The notes beneath the pieces are model-generated. The model ran no database searches and was not told the DNA's origin. It worked only from the letters and a program-made list of their open reading frames with translations. The position numbers were made by a program, and so were the translations under genes. A stretch of DNA of 62,955 nt, filler included, from Nemertoderma westbladi (lineage: Eukaryota > Animalia > Xenacoelomorpha): NCBI GenBank assembly GCA_032718475.1. It is 4 parts of 4 records of this genome, joined end to end, with 100 filler letters (N's around TTAATTAATTAA, not from the genome) between each part and the next. Parts side by side here need not be neighbours in the genome. Positions count along the whole stretch, not along the records: positions 1 to 23,052 come from JAUCBJ010007958.1; 3 more parts are not named here. One strand, given 5' to 3'. Position 1 is the first letter of the stretch. Each line of letters starts with the position of its first letter. Positions 1 through 13,300 of this stretch are shown here, piece after piece.

Positions 1-1
1 A

Positions 2-2149
2 AAATGGTCTAGTGAGATTTCTCTTCTGTCAAAAATGACAATACCAAGGGTTTACCTTGGTTCATCACCTCCTGAAGACATTTTGTACTATGAGATACAC
101 AACTTCTCGGATGCTTCTAAGGTTGCCTACGGCTGTGTAAGTTATCTAAGAGTTGTATCTCCAGAGTCAGTTGATGTAACTCTTCTGTTTTCTAAGAGTA
201 GAATGGTTCCCATTAAATCTACGCAAAGCACTCCTCGTTTGGAATTGCAGGCTGCTAAATTAGCAACAGGTGTTAGCACTAATATGGTAACTGAACTTGG
301 CCTCTCAATATCCCAAACGCATTTCTGGACAGACTCTACAGTTGTTCTATCTTATCTTCATAACACAACCACCCAGTTTAAATGCTATGTGGCAAACAGG
401 GTGGCCTCAATTCTTCGCGTTTCAGAGTTAGACCAGTGGCATCATGTTCCTGGTATATCCAATCCAGCTGATGATGTGAGCCGTGGACTGTCTGCTCGCG
501 CCCTTATTGATTCTACTTGTTGGTGGCATGGTCCAGAATTTCTCAGTGAGAGAGTTGATAACTTCCCAGAAATTGTCCCTACTTCTTGCATTGAATTAGC
601 TTCAGAGCAGGTGTATTCACTTACCGTAGCCCCAGACCCTGAGTTAAAGTTTTCAGCCGATGGCTCTCTCTTGCTAAATCACTCATCATCATGGAATAAG
701 TTACGAATAACCATAGCTTGGCTTATCCGCCTTTGTAATTCCTTTACCTCACCCGATTCCGTTCTATCTTTAAAAGGAACTATGGTTTCTATTGAAGAGA
801 TACAACGAGCAGGTATGTGCATTGTGCGTTTTGCACAATCTCAGCTTTACCCTACAGAGCTGAAATGTCTTCGCAATTCCTCACCAGTGCACATTTCCAG
901 CCCATTGTCACGGCTTTGCCCTAAGATATTCGATGATGGCATTGTCAGACTTGGCAGTCGCATTGCATCTGCGCCAGTTTCATTTGATGCTGCCTATCCC
1001 ATCATTCTTTCGAAGTCACACCCCCTTGCAAAAATATTGGTTTGGAGCACTCATGTAAAATCTGGCCATTCCGGACGTGACCAGGTCACTATCACAATTC
1101 GTCAACAATTCTGGATAATCGGACTCCAGTCATTATCCCGTTCTGTAATCAGTAAATGTTTTCTTTGTCGTAAGAAACATGCTCGTAGGATGGAACAGCT
1201 CATGGCACCACTACCTAAGTCTAGACTTACTCCATATGTTCCTCCATTTACTTATTCTGCTGTAGACATGTTTGGCCCTTTGCGAGTCAAGTATCGTAAA
1301 ACTCGTAGTACTTCTACTATAAAGCGTTATGGCATTCTTTATACATGTCTAAACTCTCGTGCCATATCTTTAGATATTGCTGCTGATGCATCAGCAGATG
1401 CCTTCATCAACTCATTCAGGCGTCATATTGCACGTCGAGGTACTCCTAAGGAGATATTGTCTGATAATGGATCCAACTTTGTTGGTGCCGACTTAGAAAT
1501 GAAACAAAACATTGAACTCTGGTCCGAAAATTTCATTTCTGATTTAAAACCATTAGGAGTAACATGGCGTTATATTCCCCCAGGGGCACCCCATATGGGT
1601 GGAGTTTATGAGAGATTGGTTAAAATGACTAAAGAAATTCTGTACGGCCTACTGCAAGGTGCCCTAGTTACAGATGATGTACTTTTAACCACTTTAGCCG
1701 AGGCTGAATCTATTGTAAATAGTAGGCCCCTCTGTACGGTAACTGACGACCCTACTTCTGACGACGTCTTGACACCCAATCACTTACTTATCCAACGTCC
1801 CGCCTATAACTACCCTCCCGGACCATTTGACGACAGTGACACCTACTCTCGCCGGACCTGGAGGCAGGCACAACTTATATCGAACCACTTCTGGAACAAG
1901 TGGCTCAGGGAGTACGTCAGCACGCTCCAGATTCGCCACAAGTGGCATCGAAAACGTGGAAATCTCCAGGTCGATGACGTTGTCCTTCTTCATGAAGATG
2001 TTCTACCTCGAAACTCATGGCGGTGGGGTAGAATCGTAAAGACATTCCCAGATAAATCCGGATTGGTTCGATCTGCCGAAGTTAAAACTCCTGTTGGTGT
2101 CTACAAAAGACCAATTAGAAAGATGTGTCTTTTGGAGGAAGCAACCTGA
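2..2149 (+). mobile_element. BEL/Pao LTR retrotransposon pol, C-terminal part (RNase H, HHCC zinc finger, DDE integrase, C-terminal domain); ORF is open from the window start
   Basis: Pao-type motifs FSDASKVAYG, TPRLELQAA, WTDSTVVL, VANRV, H..GH...CFLC, VDMFGP, SDNGSNF, GGVYERLV, FWNKWLREY. Confidence 0.95.
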
Positions 2150-2390
2150 CTCCAGCACCTCTTTAGTACCTCTCATCCATGACATATTTTACCTAAATTC
2201 TTTCTGCATATATTGTGGACCCACATATTTTGGAGATTTTTAGTTAAATTCGTTTCGATTTATTTCAATAAGTTACCGCTATAACTTCTATGCAACTTCT
2301 ATATAACTTAATTATTATTACTTATGAACTGCATGCTGTATTACCGTACATAACATACATACCTATTATGTAAATGAACGAAGTCAACGC

Positions 2391-5215
2391 ACCTTCAAGG
2401 CAGAACCCCCTAAGTCGATTTTTTTCGATTTTCATGTTTTTGACTTTTTGGGTAATTCGATATCGGCTTTTTCGTCTGGCAGAACCCCGAAGCTTTTCTA
2501 CCAGCCATTTTTGAGTTATAAGCCAAAGACAGTTCCCCGTAACTTATGCCCACTTCGAGGCAGAACCCCCCAAGTCAATAATTGGCTTGCAAAACACCGT
2601 AAATTCAAGTATATGAAATTCAGTCCACCTGGCAAAACCCCTTAAATCAGAAATAACAACCTGTAAAACCCCTTAAATCAGAAACAATAGCCTGGCAAAA
2701 CCCCGTAATTTATCATTTATATACTGGTTTGTATTGCGGCCAGGACACAAATATTAATTAGGGACACAAACATTATTGAGGGACGCAAACATTAATGAGG
2801 GACACAAAACATTAATAGGGCAGGGGTCCATGGTTGCCAATGGATATTAATATGAGCGATGGTGATGCTTGCCATCAGATGATTAGATATTAAGTGATTA
2901 ACTGGAAAAAATACTACCATGGGAACGTGAGCTTCGATCAAAGTACCGCCGTTTCGTATACATTCCATCTTCCTAATTAGATGGAAATTAATTGAAAGCG
3001 ACGTTCGGTTACGTTGTTCAGCTGCCTGTTTTCTGCTACCCCCCCCCCCCCCCCCCCCGGCTGGTATACCCCCATATTTTCAATTTACCTCCTACAACCA
3101 CCATTCATGTTACCCCCCCCCCCCCCCCCCCCCCCATTCCTGTCTCCCCCTCATGTTCATCATTTTTTTACTCCTACTCCTTCCCTTTTTAGTAACAACA
3201 TCGTTTATTGTTTTGGTTAGAAAAACCATCTCTGTAACCTGATCCTTTCCTTCAATTGGCAATAACATAGTTTATTGGTTTGGTCAGATTAATATGTTAT
3301 TATTTATTGTTGTTATTTTATTGCTTGACAGTAATGAGAATTGTAATACTGTAATATATTGTATGTGTGTATGTATGTATGAGTGGTAACATGAATCATA
3401 CTAAGTGCGAAGGGCGATAGTGCCCATGATTAATGTTTGTGCCCTTGATTGATATCTGTCCCTCGTTTATTGTTTGTGTCCCTCATTAATGTTTGTGTAT
3501 CTCATTAATGTTTGTGTCCTTCATTAATGTTTGTGTCCCTCATTAATGTTTGTGTATCTCATTAATGTTTGTGTCCCTCATTAATGTTTGTGTCCCTCAT
3601 TAATGTTTGTGTCCCTCATCATTAATATTTGTGTTCCTCATTAATGTTTGTGTCCCTCATTAATGTTTGTGTCCCTCATTAATGTTTGTGTCCCTCATTT
3701 ATGTTTGTGTCCCTCATTAATGTTTGTGCCCTTGATTGATATCTGTCCCTCGTTTATTGTTTGTGTCCCTCATTAATGTTTGTGTCGCTCATTAATGTTT
3801 TTGTCCCTCATTAATATTTGTGTACCTCATTAATGTTAGTGTCCCTCAATTAATGTTTGTGTCCCTCATTAATGTTGTGTCCCTCATTAATGTTTGTGTC
3901 CCTCATTAATATTTGTGTTCTTCATTAATGTTTGTGTCCCTCATTAATGTTTGTGTCCCTCATTAATGTTTGTGTTCCACATTAATGTTTGTGTCCTATA
4001 TCAATGTTTATGTCCCACATTATTGTTTGTGTCCTACATCAATGTTTATGTCCCACATTAATGTTTGTCACCCTGATTAATGTTTGTCCCACACTAATGT
4101 TTGTGGCGCTGATAAATATCTGTCCCTCATTTAATGTTTGTCTCCAAGCTGCTATGGGGTTCAGGACGTTTTGGATAACTTGGTCAGTAACAAGCAACTT
4201 AATTTGAGTAACATTAACTTTTAGTCTCCGTTATATGAGGCATCTTTTACAGCAACAAACTTCGCGTTTACATAGAGCAACTTGATCGGCAACCTGACAT
4301 GCTCACTAAGTTGCTGATAGAGTTGCTCAAAATGTTGCCACGTACTGTAGAAAAAACAGGTCTTTAATTATTCGTAATGACGTACTGTAAGTGAACTTTA
4401 CTTTAACGTAGCTGTAACCCTGTAGCTAAACTTACTTACTGTAGAGTACCACCCATGGCTATATTTTGTACTTAGAGTTCCGCTTTCTTGAATCTAAATT
4501 TTGTTCTTATAGTTCTGCATTTGGCTACATTTTGTTCAATTTGTATTGATACATGATTCTAACTACAGTCCCGTACTTATTTTAGAAGCAACTTATACCA
4601 AAATATCAAAAAATTATGGAGCACTTTAGAATTTTGAATTCAAAAATTTCCAACATGTGCGCAAGTGTGTTAGCTATAGCTATATTGTATGTGATTATTT
4701 GTTATTATTGCGTTTACAGGTAATACTAACACCTGATCATGTGCTAGTTAACATGTTAGATAGCACGTATTAGCTAATAACAAATGCGCACATGTATTAT
4801 GTGCGCACTACGCACTAAATTATTAAGGACGTACGATACGCCTTGGCTATTATTTGATATATTTTGTGTGTTTTTTGTAAAAATTCGTACTTATGGTGTT
4901 TTGCCAAATTGAGGATACCTTGTTTTCTAGGCAATACCCCGCAACTATCGTATAGTTACGGGATAATACCAGAAAACGGTGTTCCCCTTTGTTTTGGCAA
5001 AACACCATAAGTCAGAATTTTTACAAAAAAACCGCAATATATTTCAAAGGTAATTCTAAATCATATTGAAAGTTTAATTATATGAATTCTATATATATTT
5101 AGTTATCAAAAAACACAATAACAAGTAAACTGAGGCATCTCTCTAAAAAATAAACAGTTTTTATCGATTATCTCAGAACTACAAAAATCGACTTAGGGGG
5201 TTCTGCCTTGAAGGT
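2391..5215. mobile_element. Non-autonomous DNA transposon with 33-bp perfect TIRs
   Basis: accttcaaggcagaaccccctaagtcgattttt at 2391-2423 and its reverse complement at 5183-5215; subterminal ggca(g/a)aacccc repeats to about 2705; no transposase ORF. Confidence 0.85.
3425..4142 (+). repeat. About 19-20 bp minisatellite (cctcattaatgtttgtgtc)n inside the TIR element; short inverted copy at about 2742-2818
   Basis: Directly visible tandem units. Confidence 0.9.
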
Positions 5216-5791
5216 ACGACAGTGACACCTACTCTCGCCGGACCTGGAGGCAGGCACAACTTATATCGAACCACTTCTGGAACAAGTGGCTCAGGGAGTA
5301 CGTCAGCACGCTCCAGATTCGCCACAAGTGGCATCGAAAACGTGGAAATCTCCAGGTCGATGACGTTGTCCTTCTTCATGAAGATGTTCTACCTCGAAAC
5401 TCATGGCGGTGGGGTAGAATCGTAAAGACATTCCCAGATAAATCCGGATTGGTTCGATCTGCCGAAGTTAAAACTCCTGTTGGTGTCTACAAAAGACCAA
5501 TTAGAAAGATGTGTCTTTTGGAGGAAGCAACCTAACTCCAGCACCTCTTTAGTACCTCTCATCCATGACATATTTTACCTAAATTCTTTCTACATATATT
5601 GTGGACCCACATATTTTGGAGATTTTTAGTTAAATTCGTTTCGATTTATTTCAAGTTACCGCTATAACTTCTATGTAACTTCTATATAACTTGTATTATG
5701 TATTATATAACTTATATATTGTCTTATGAACTGTATGCCGTATTACCGTACATAACATACATACCTATTATGTAAATTAACGAAGTTAACG
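5216..5791 (+). repeat. Slightly diverged direct duplicate of 1830-2389 (end of Pao pol plus 3' non-coding sequence)
   Basis: Same sequence from acgacagtgacacc; stop codon TGA vs TAA and several indels distinguish the two copies. Confidence 0.95.
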
Positions 5792-6532
5792 TCCTATTGT
5801 ACTTGTACTTCGCATATATGTAGTACAGTACATATATGCACAAACTCACGTGGTTGTGTCTACTACGTAGTTTTTAGTTGTTAAAGTTTCAAATTTATTT
5901 TGGAGGTGTATTACTTCTACATTGCTTATCTATAAAATATCTCAAACATCTCATACCGGTATATATATTTAGTGCAGTGTGTAAACTCATTTTCCTCTTG
6001 TATAATTCATTCATATACTTCTGTAATTTCATAACTTCTAACAAATCCTTTCTTTCATTATCGCCTCGTGGATCAAGTTCATTGATTAAATAATAAATAA
6101 ATAAAAATAAAAATTTGAGACAATTAAATAATATATACATATTTACTTAAATGTATATATATGACTATATATAATCTTAAAAAATAATGTATACAAATAA
6201 TCCCTTAATAACATAATCATAGCGTACAGTATGTGTACCCTGGTAAAAGAGGGATTCCACAACATCACTCATATAACCTATTCCCTGTCTTACTAATATA
6301 ATCATCTTGTACAGTAAGTGTACCCAGGTAAAAGCGGGATTCCACAAAATCAACCATTTAATGATCCCCTATGTCCCACTAACAACATCTGTACTGTATA
6401 GTGGTCCCAGGTTAAAGCGGGATTCCACGCATTCATACATTTAACCCCCCCTCTGGACATATAAATAATCTCAATTAATTATAAATTTTATATTGACAAA
6501 TTATTGCTGTTGTTGCAATAATTTGGGGGGAC

Positions 6533-7035
6533 TGTCACGGCTTTCGGCGTCCTTACCCCCTCAAAAAACGTAAAAAATATCTTAGATATTTCATTCATTA
6601 TCATTATCTTCATTAACATTCAAATTTCCCGCCAACACTAATAATTTGATACATTCTTCACTCTGTCACCTATAAATACTGGACGTACTGCTATTTCATT
6701 CATTCATTCATTCATTCTGATGAATAGAATCACACGGACATCAGACTTTCTGCTCTGTGTCCACCAGCTACTGACTGCATCTGTCAGTAGCTACTTTATC
6801 CTTTATCTGTTTCTAGCAGTCTCTTAGACACCCGTCTATGCGGCTGTATAAACGCCAGTATTTCTTTTGAACTGTGCGTGTGCGTTCCATTTTCACCACT
6901 ACACTGCATGATTATTGTCATCCCTTTTTGGCTCATATCGCATTTAGTGACATGCCTGATTTAGGAAATAAATAAACTGAAGGTTTTATAATAAAGAATA
7001 TTTATTTTAAAGGCCATTGGCAATTAACGTTTACA
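6533..7035 (+). mobile_element. Putative 3' LTR of the Pao element, preceded by a polypurine tract
   Basis: gggggga at 6525-6531 then TGTCAC; TATAAATA at 6671; AATAAA at about 6967 and 6990; candidate end TTTACA at 7035. The 5' LTR is outside the window, so the end is inferred. Confidence 0.65.
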
Positions 7036-7342
7036 TGCTCAGGTGATGAAATTACGCCAAGCGCGCCAGCACGGTAGAATACGGGCTGACGGGCGTTAGT
7101 ATTACAGCCGCCAAATGAAGGTTTTACCGGCAAAGCCTCATAAAATAACCAAAAGCGACCCAAACCGCTTTCCCACTGTTTAGCCGGGACACGCCTAAAT
7201 AATGTTTTTATTAATCATTTCAGTAAATTATTGATTAAAAAATTCATTGGATAGAGAGAGACTAGGGGAGTAAGTGGGGCGCACAGGAAATAGCTATAAT
7301 TGAGTCGTCTCCCTTATTTTATTTATATTTGATCACTTCCAG

Positions 7343-10300
7343 GTTTTAGCTAAAGGAACCCGTTTTATCTGTAAATACCTGCGGGAGGCAGACAAGGTGA
7401 TAATTAGACAGGGTCACCAAGGGAACAATAATGGTTCTATATCGAACAGTTTCAGCGATCTGCAGGTTAGAATAGAAGTCCAATCGAAAAACACTAAAAA
7501 ATAGACAAAACTGAATGAATTAGTTTAATCATTAATATACAATATATAGTCCTCGTTCTTCGGAAAAAACCGTAAAATAACCCAGTCTTTATTGTCTTAA
7601 TTATTTAATTAATTAATTTTATTTGTTTCACTTGGATCCCCTCTATCAATCTGTTGCATTTCTTATTATTTTAGGTATTCGAGTCTGGATCAGATGAGAG
7701 CGAGGATTGGACCAGTTATAACACTCGTTTGTTCGGTTCCCGACCAAACGACGGAGTTCCTACGCGCACCTAGTGAGTTTATAGATGGGGGGGGGGGGGG
7801 GGGGGGGGGGTTACAAAGTTAACAAATGCTAAGTTTATTATACTTTTATATATTTCCAGTTCTGCTGACCCAGGAATGCGACTCAAGTCCCGCACCGCGG
7901 TCTTCCATAAACCCCAGTCCCAAGAGGACCACAGACGGGTGGTCAGGAAAGGTCTCCCTCCTTTAGCCGCACGGTGAGTTATAAAAAGTTATATTTTTTC
8001 TACCGGAAGTAAAATCCAAACCCGTCACGAGTTCAGAAAACAGGAACGTGAACTGTAAATAAATTATTTTATCTGTATTATAGGGGAAGTTAAGTGCAGG
8101 ATTTAAGATTGCTCTTTATCTCCCTAGGGAGATAAAGTGTCACATAAAAATACATGTTATTAGCGGGATTTAAAGCGCCGCCATAAAGAGCGGTACATCT
8201 GCTATAAGTTGACTCTAAAATACTCGAAAAACATACGGCCCGAGTGTTGGATGTTTACAGCGTAAAGAGAACCCGACCTCGAGGTCACTGTAAACGATTT
8301 TTCGCGCCTCCGTAGGCAAACATACAAAAATACACTCCGTCATGATTCTGATTTAAAAATGCTATAATCCCTACACAATTATTCCCTCCCCCCCCTTCCC
8401 ACCGTAATATTTTATTCCGGTTATATCCAATATTAATTACAACATATTTCCATCCCAGACATCCTTAACCGCCCTCACCCACAATTCCAACCAATATTGC
8501 CGGCTACTCCCCTACAAATTATCGCTATCCAATGAAGGAGGTCGGTCGCTACACAACCTCCCTCCTTTCTCTCATTGGCCCCTTAATACGCCAACCTTCA
8601 CCCACCTATTAATCTCACCCAGTTATTAACAAAGGAATGATTGATAACCATCAAACTATATTGCCATTCATTAATAATCGGTTATTGGTCAGTCTAACAA
8701 CCACATATTAATTATATTTTACATGGGTTGAATGTAAAATCACTGCACAAGAAAGACAAACTGTGTTTAGGTGATAATTAGGGGTCAACTTCTTATTGAC
8801 CGCACACCGGGTTTAAAATGGGTTTGGATGGAAAAGTCAGTCACAAAAACCAGCCTTCATAGTTGGCCGCCTCGGCAACTAAACTAGGCTCTGCTCCAAG
8901 GTAGGGATGCGACAGAGCTAAAATATCATCCGGAGCCGGAGCCCGGAGGTTCCTCCGGATTACAATATGAGCTCCGGCCGGAGACGGAGCCGGAGCCGGA
9001 GGTTTGGTGATTGATAATTCCAGTGTATTATTATATTAGACATAAACAGATATATGTCCATGGGGGGGGGGGGGGGGGGGGATTTGATGTAATTTCTTAC
9101 GCGGTGAATTAATATCTCGCCTCAATGTTAAATTATCAATTAAGGGAAATGCGCAATTTACAGTCGCATACTATTATTATCAAAACAATAAACTAACTAT
9201 ATTCAATATAACAGGTTACAGTTTTTTTTTGTAGTAGTCAGCAGTTATTTGCGTCGATTTTCCCCTGGAGAGGGAAGGGACGAATTTATATTGCGTCCAA
9301 AGACTCCCTGCTGTAAAATGGTACATCAATGAATGGGTATCGTGACGAAGCCAAAAAACTATATTGGGGGTGGGGGGGGGGGGGGGGGGGTGATACTCTA
9401 CCGACATCAAAACAACGCAGGACATTATTATGACCATCGCTAATTATGTGTATAATTTATGTCAGGTAATACGTCATAGGTCCTATAGTCGTTAGGTCCC
9501 GTGACATAATGTCCTGCGACAATAGATCCTTAGTTACAACAGCTATAATTACTAGTATAAAATTAATCTGTAACATGTGCTGTCGAGTCTCGTTTATTGT
9601 TTTGGTTAGAATAATACCGGTCCGTCACTATATAACGTGCACCCTTCTCGACTGAAAAAACGACATGAACAGTACCAACCTGTTGTGGATGGGGGTGGGG
9701 GTCAGTGGAATTGGGGTTCTATAGACTGACGAACGAAACGAGAGTACATGTACAGTATTTAATATTTTTAATTAGGGAAGAATATTAATTGAATTAACTG
9801 AATCATTTCAATGTTTTTGTTTAAATATTTACACAATTTCACAAGGGTGGGTGGGGCTTTATTGGGAAACTTAAAAAAACAAACTGTAAATTACTTAATG
9901 AGTTATTACGTTAATTACTATGGTATTTACATTATTCATACATCAGAAAAACTTATTATTTTAATTCAAATTTCAACAACATAAGCTCCGGATTGGCTCC
10001 GGGTTAATTTGCCCGGAGCCGGAACCAGAGCCGGAACTAGAAAATTGGCCCGGAGCTCCGGAGCCGGAGCCGGAGCTCTGTCGCATCCCTACTCCAAGGT
10101 ATTGGACTTCTTTTTTCCCAGGCCGGCCTTAGCGGGTTCGCGGTTGATGGGAAGGTAAGACGTTACCGCCTAGAACTGGGATCTCTGGCTAACTAGCCCC
10201 AGAGCGCTCGCGTACTCTGTCCACTTGCTACTTTGTTCCTTTCAGGACCGACTATTTCGTTTTGGGGGCAAAGTAGCAGTGTCCCTATAGCCTTTGACTC

Positions 10301-13300
10301 TGTCAGTTACGGTGGTGCTTGTGCACTCTGTTCGCTGGCTATACCAGTTCATCCCAGGCTCGCCAGGATCGACGACTATAGTTTTGAGGGCAAAGTAACA
10401 GCTAACCATTTGCGTCCAATCGGTCCCACCCCTGTTTGGACTCGGATGGTAACCTGGTGTTCTGCATTTATCACCAAGTTCCAATAGCGGGAAGCTGCAC
10501 CAAGTTTATTACGATTTTCCATAACGTTGACGATTTTCTACGATAACCTTTTGGTTATATTTTTTCAGAGTATATTTAGCAAAACGAAACGACTAAAAAT
10601 ACTGTATTTTTCTGTATATTTAGGATTGTTTTTTAATATTTTGAGGCTATACTTTGGATCCTAACGGACCCACAGCACCCTTCGCCCGGTTTCTCTTTTT
10701 CCTCATCCCAGAGGTTTTTCTATGGTGTTACAGTTCACTATTTTTATATGCCAGAAGGGAGCAATATACATCTTGGGAAGAACAGAAATCACTGTGATTT
10801 TGCACTATCGTGAAGGGTTGTGGATGTCCGTAAATAACAAGTCATTGAAGGACCGTGTGATAGAGGGAAATATTTTTATGACAGCCGGGAACCAAAACAA
10901 TAAGGGGAAATGTAGCACTTCTTGGAACCTTTAGAGATTCAAAGCCGTTTTAGGAGCTAATCGTGCCAAGAGGCACGAGAAATGCATTACAGTCACGGAC
11001 GTCGTGTTAGCCTCGAGAACTTCCTGGTGACGAGGATTGGAAGAGAACGATGAGTAATCCGGTCGTCGGTCGTCCCGAATATATAGGAAACAGGAAGATG
11101 GGAAATATGTGGATTTGGGAGACGCGCAAGTCGTAAATCTTGTAGACGACAAGGAAGTTCAACAGCGATTTACAGAGGATAAAAGGCAAATTTATGGACT
11201 AAAATTTCATATTATTGCAGGAGAATAAAGTAGCTTTATTTCCTTTATTAATTTTCCATATAATTGACCAAGATGGGCAAGTTATTCATCTGGTTCTCAG
11301 CTGAAAATGAATTTTTAAATAACATTTTTAAACAATTTTTTTCGGCATGTCTGTCTCCTTTCGTTATACCATCCCTGTTTGTATTTGCTGCGCTAAAACT
11401 AAAGTCTCTTCAATTTAAACTAATGTTGATATTTATAAATTTCCTTCGAACTAAATATACGATTTCTTTGAACAGAAATATCCCGTTGCACTTTTTAGAT
11501 TTTAAAGGCTTTAGTTTACCAAATTGCCATGTTTATGTTACAGATCTCGTGGTAGCGGCCCTACTCCACTTGATAAATTTGAAGAGGAGCGCCGATTGGC
11601 TAAACTACGTTACTATAACACCCAATTAGCCGCCGCCCTGCAACGTAAAAGGTGAGTCATAGTGAATTAAATTGATATAAATAAACATTTCTTTATTTAA
11701 TTAATATGATAAATTAATTGAGGTGTCATAAAGTGCCATTACTTCACGTGATGAGTGAAAAATTTAAACAGATGCAAATAAAAGTAAATAAATTAATATT
11801 TTAGTAATTATGTTGTATCGCAGAGATAAGGAATTATTGCGGCAATGGCGTCACGATCAGAAAGCCTTGAAAGCTAAACAGTTTGCTGTGGAGAGTTCGA
11901 GACTTGTAGCCACCGCCCCTTACGCTCAGGATATCAGTTTATTTCAACGGAAGACAGACATTATTAAGGTTCGGTTATTTCAAACTCTTTACATTACGCT
12001 GATCCAAATGATCCAATTTTTTTTCACCTTCCATTTCTTCTCGTGTGTTGCGTAGGTCGGTCGGTCGGCCTTACCGTATCGTTATTTGCTGACGTTCATC
12101 GGCAAACCTACAATTTAAATAATTTACGTCTTTTGCAATAGTATAATATTTAGAACTTGTAAGTGTAATGTACCACTTTACATGATTATATAGCACAGGT
12201 GATTTTCTAGCACAGTAATGTAACGTATAAGTTACCGACAGGCGAGCTGTAACATGTTAGTACAGTCGTACTCGACACCACACTATACTATACTACAATG
12301 AGTCGAGCGGAATTCCGGTTCCGGCCGGAATTAGCAGTTCCGGTTCCCGGAACCGGAATTGGTATACCGGAACTATACTTTTTTGAAGCAAGTGAGATTA
12401 ATCGCATTTTTTCACAAACATCTCTTTTTTTTCAAAATTATAGCTGAAAATTATGATTTATATATTTTATATGTTTAGTCAATTAACGCACAGTTTTACT
12501 TATACATCTCAGACTTTGTTGGCTTCGAATTCAATAATTGACTATATATACAATCATCTGAATGTACAGATAGACTCAGATATTTGACTCTAACTAAAAC
12601 TAACATCATTAAACTTTTGACTCTAACTAAACTAAACTGAAAGCCTACTGGAAAATGTGTCGATTTTTGTTTTCATTGTTTTAAGTTTCCATTGCCTAAA
12701 TGCACTCGTAAATTTCAAGTTTAACTGTATTGAACTTTTTGTACAAAAAATTCCGGTTCCGGTTCCGGTAAAATTGGTCTCATTCCGGTTCCGGTTGCGG
12801 TAAAAATGTAATTCCGCCCGACTCCTGATACTACACTCGATGTACATCTCGGTAAACCCTGTTGCATCTCATCTCTGTAATTTTAATAGTTATATATAAT
12901 TCCAGTTTGAATTCTCCCTTTATTGTATTTAGTTTATATCTCGTTTTTACAGGAAGAGATCCGTTCTCGCCATGCAGCTCTAAGGACTCACCAACGACTA
13001 GACACTGACTCAGTTGAGCTCGTGAGAGAACGAGCTGTACAAGAGAAGTTGGCCAAACATATAGAGAATATGAATGAGAGACGGCGAAATCCTAAAGGTA
13101 CTGCTGCTCAAGAGATGGTGGCAGCCGAGAGAGAGTTAAATATTGTAAGTTTATATAGGGAGCGGTAAATATTGTAAGTTTATATAGGGAGAGGTAAATA
13201 TTGTAAGTTTATATAGGGAGAGGTAAATATTGTAAGTTTATATAGGGAGCGGTAAATATTGTAAGTTTATATAGGGAGAGGTAAATATTGTAAGTTTATA

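Noticed and set aside
3039-3135. Long poly-C/poly-G tracts here and at about ten other sites, and their polyproline ORFs
   Set aside because: Mostly MITE-associated homopolymers whose length is unreliable in assemblies
6205-6445. CRISPR-like repeat-spacer appearance
   Set aside because: Only three diverged units, linkers are related to each other, no cas genes, and it lies inside a eukaryotic retrotransposon
10930-11190. Purine-rich, coding-looking stretch inside an intron
   Set aside because: Stops follow both candidate acceptors in the required phase, and the flanking exons already join in phase
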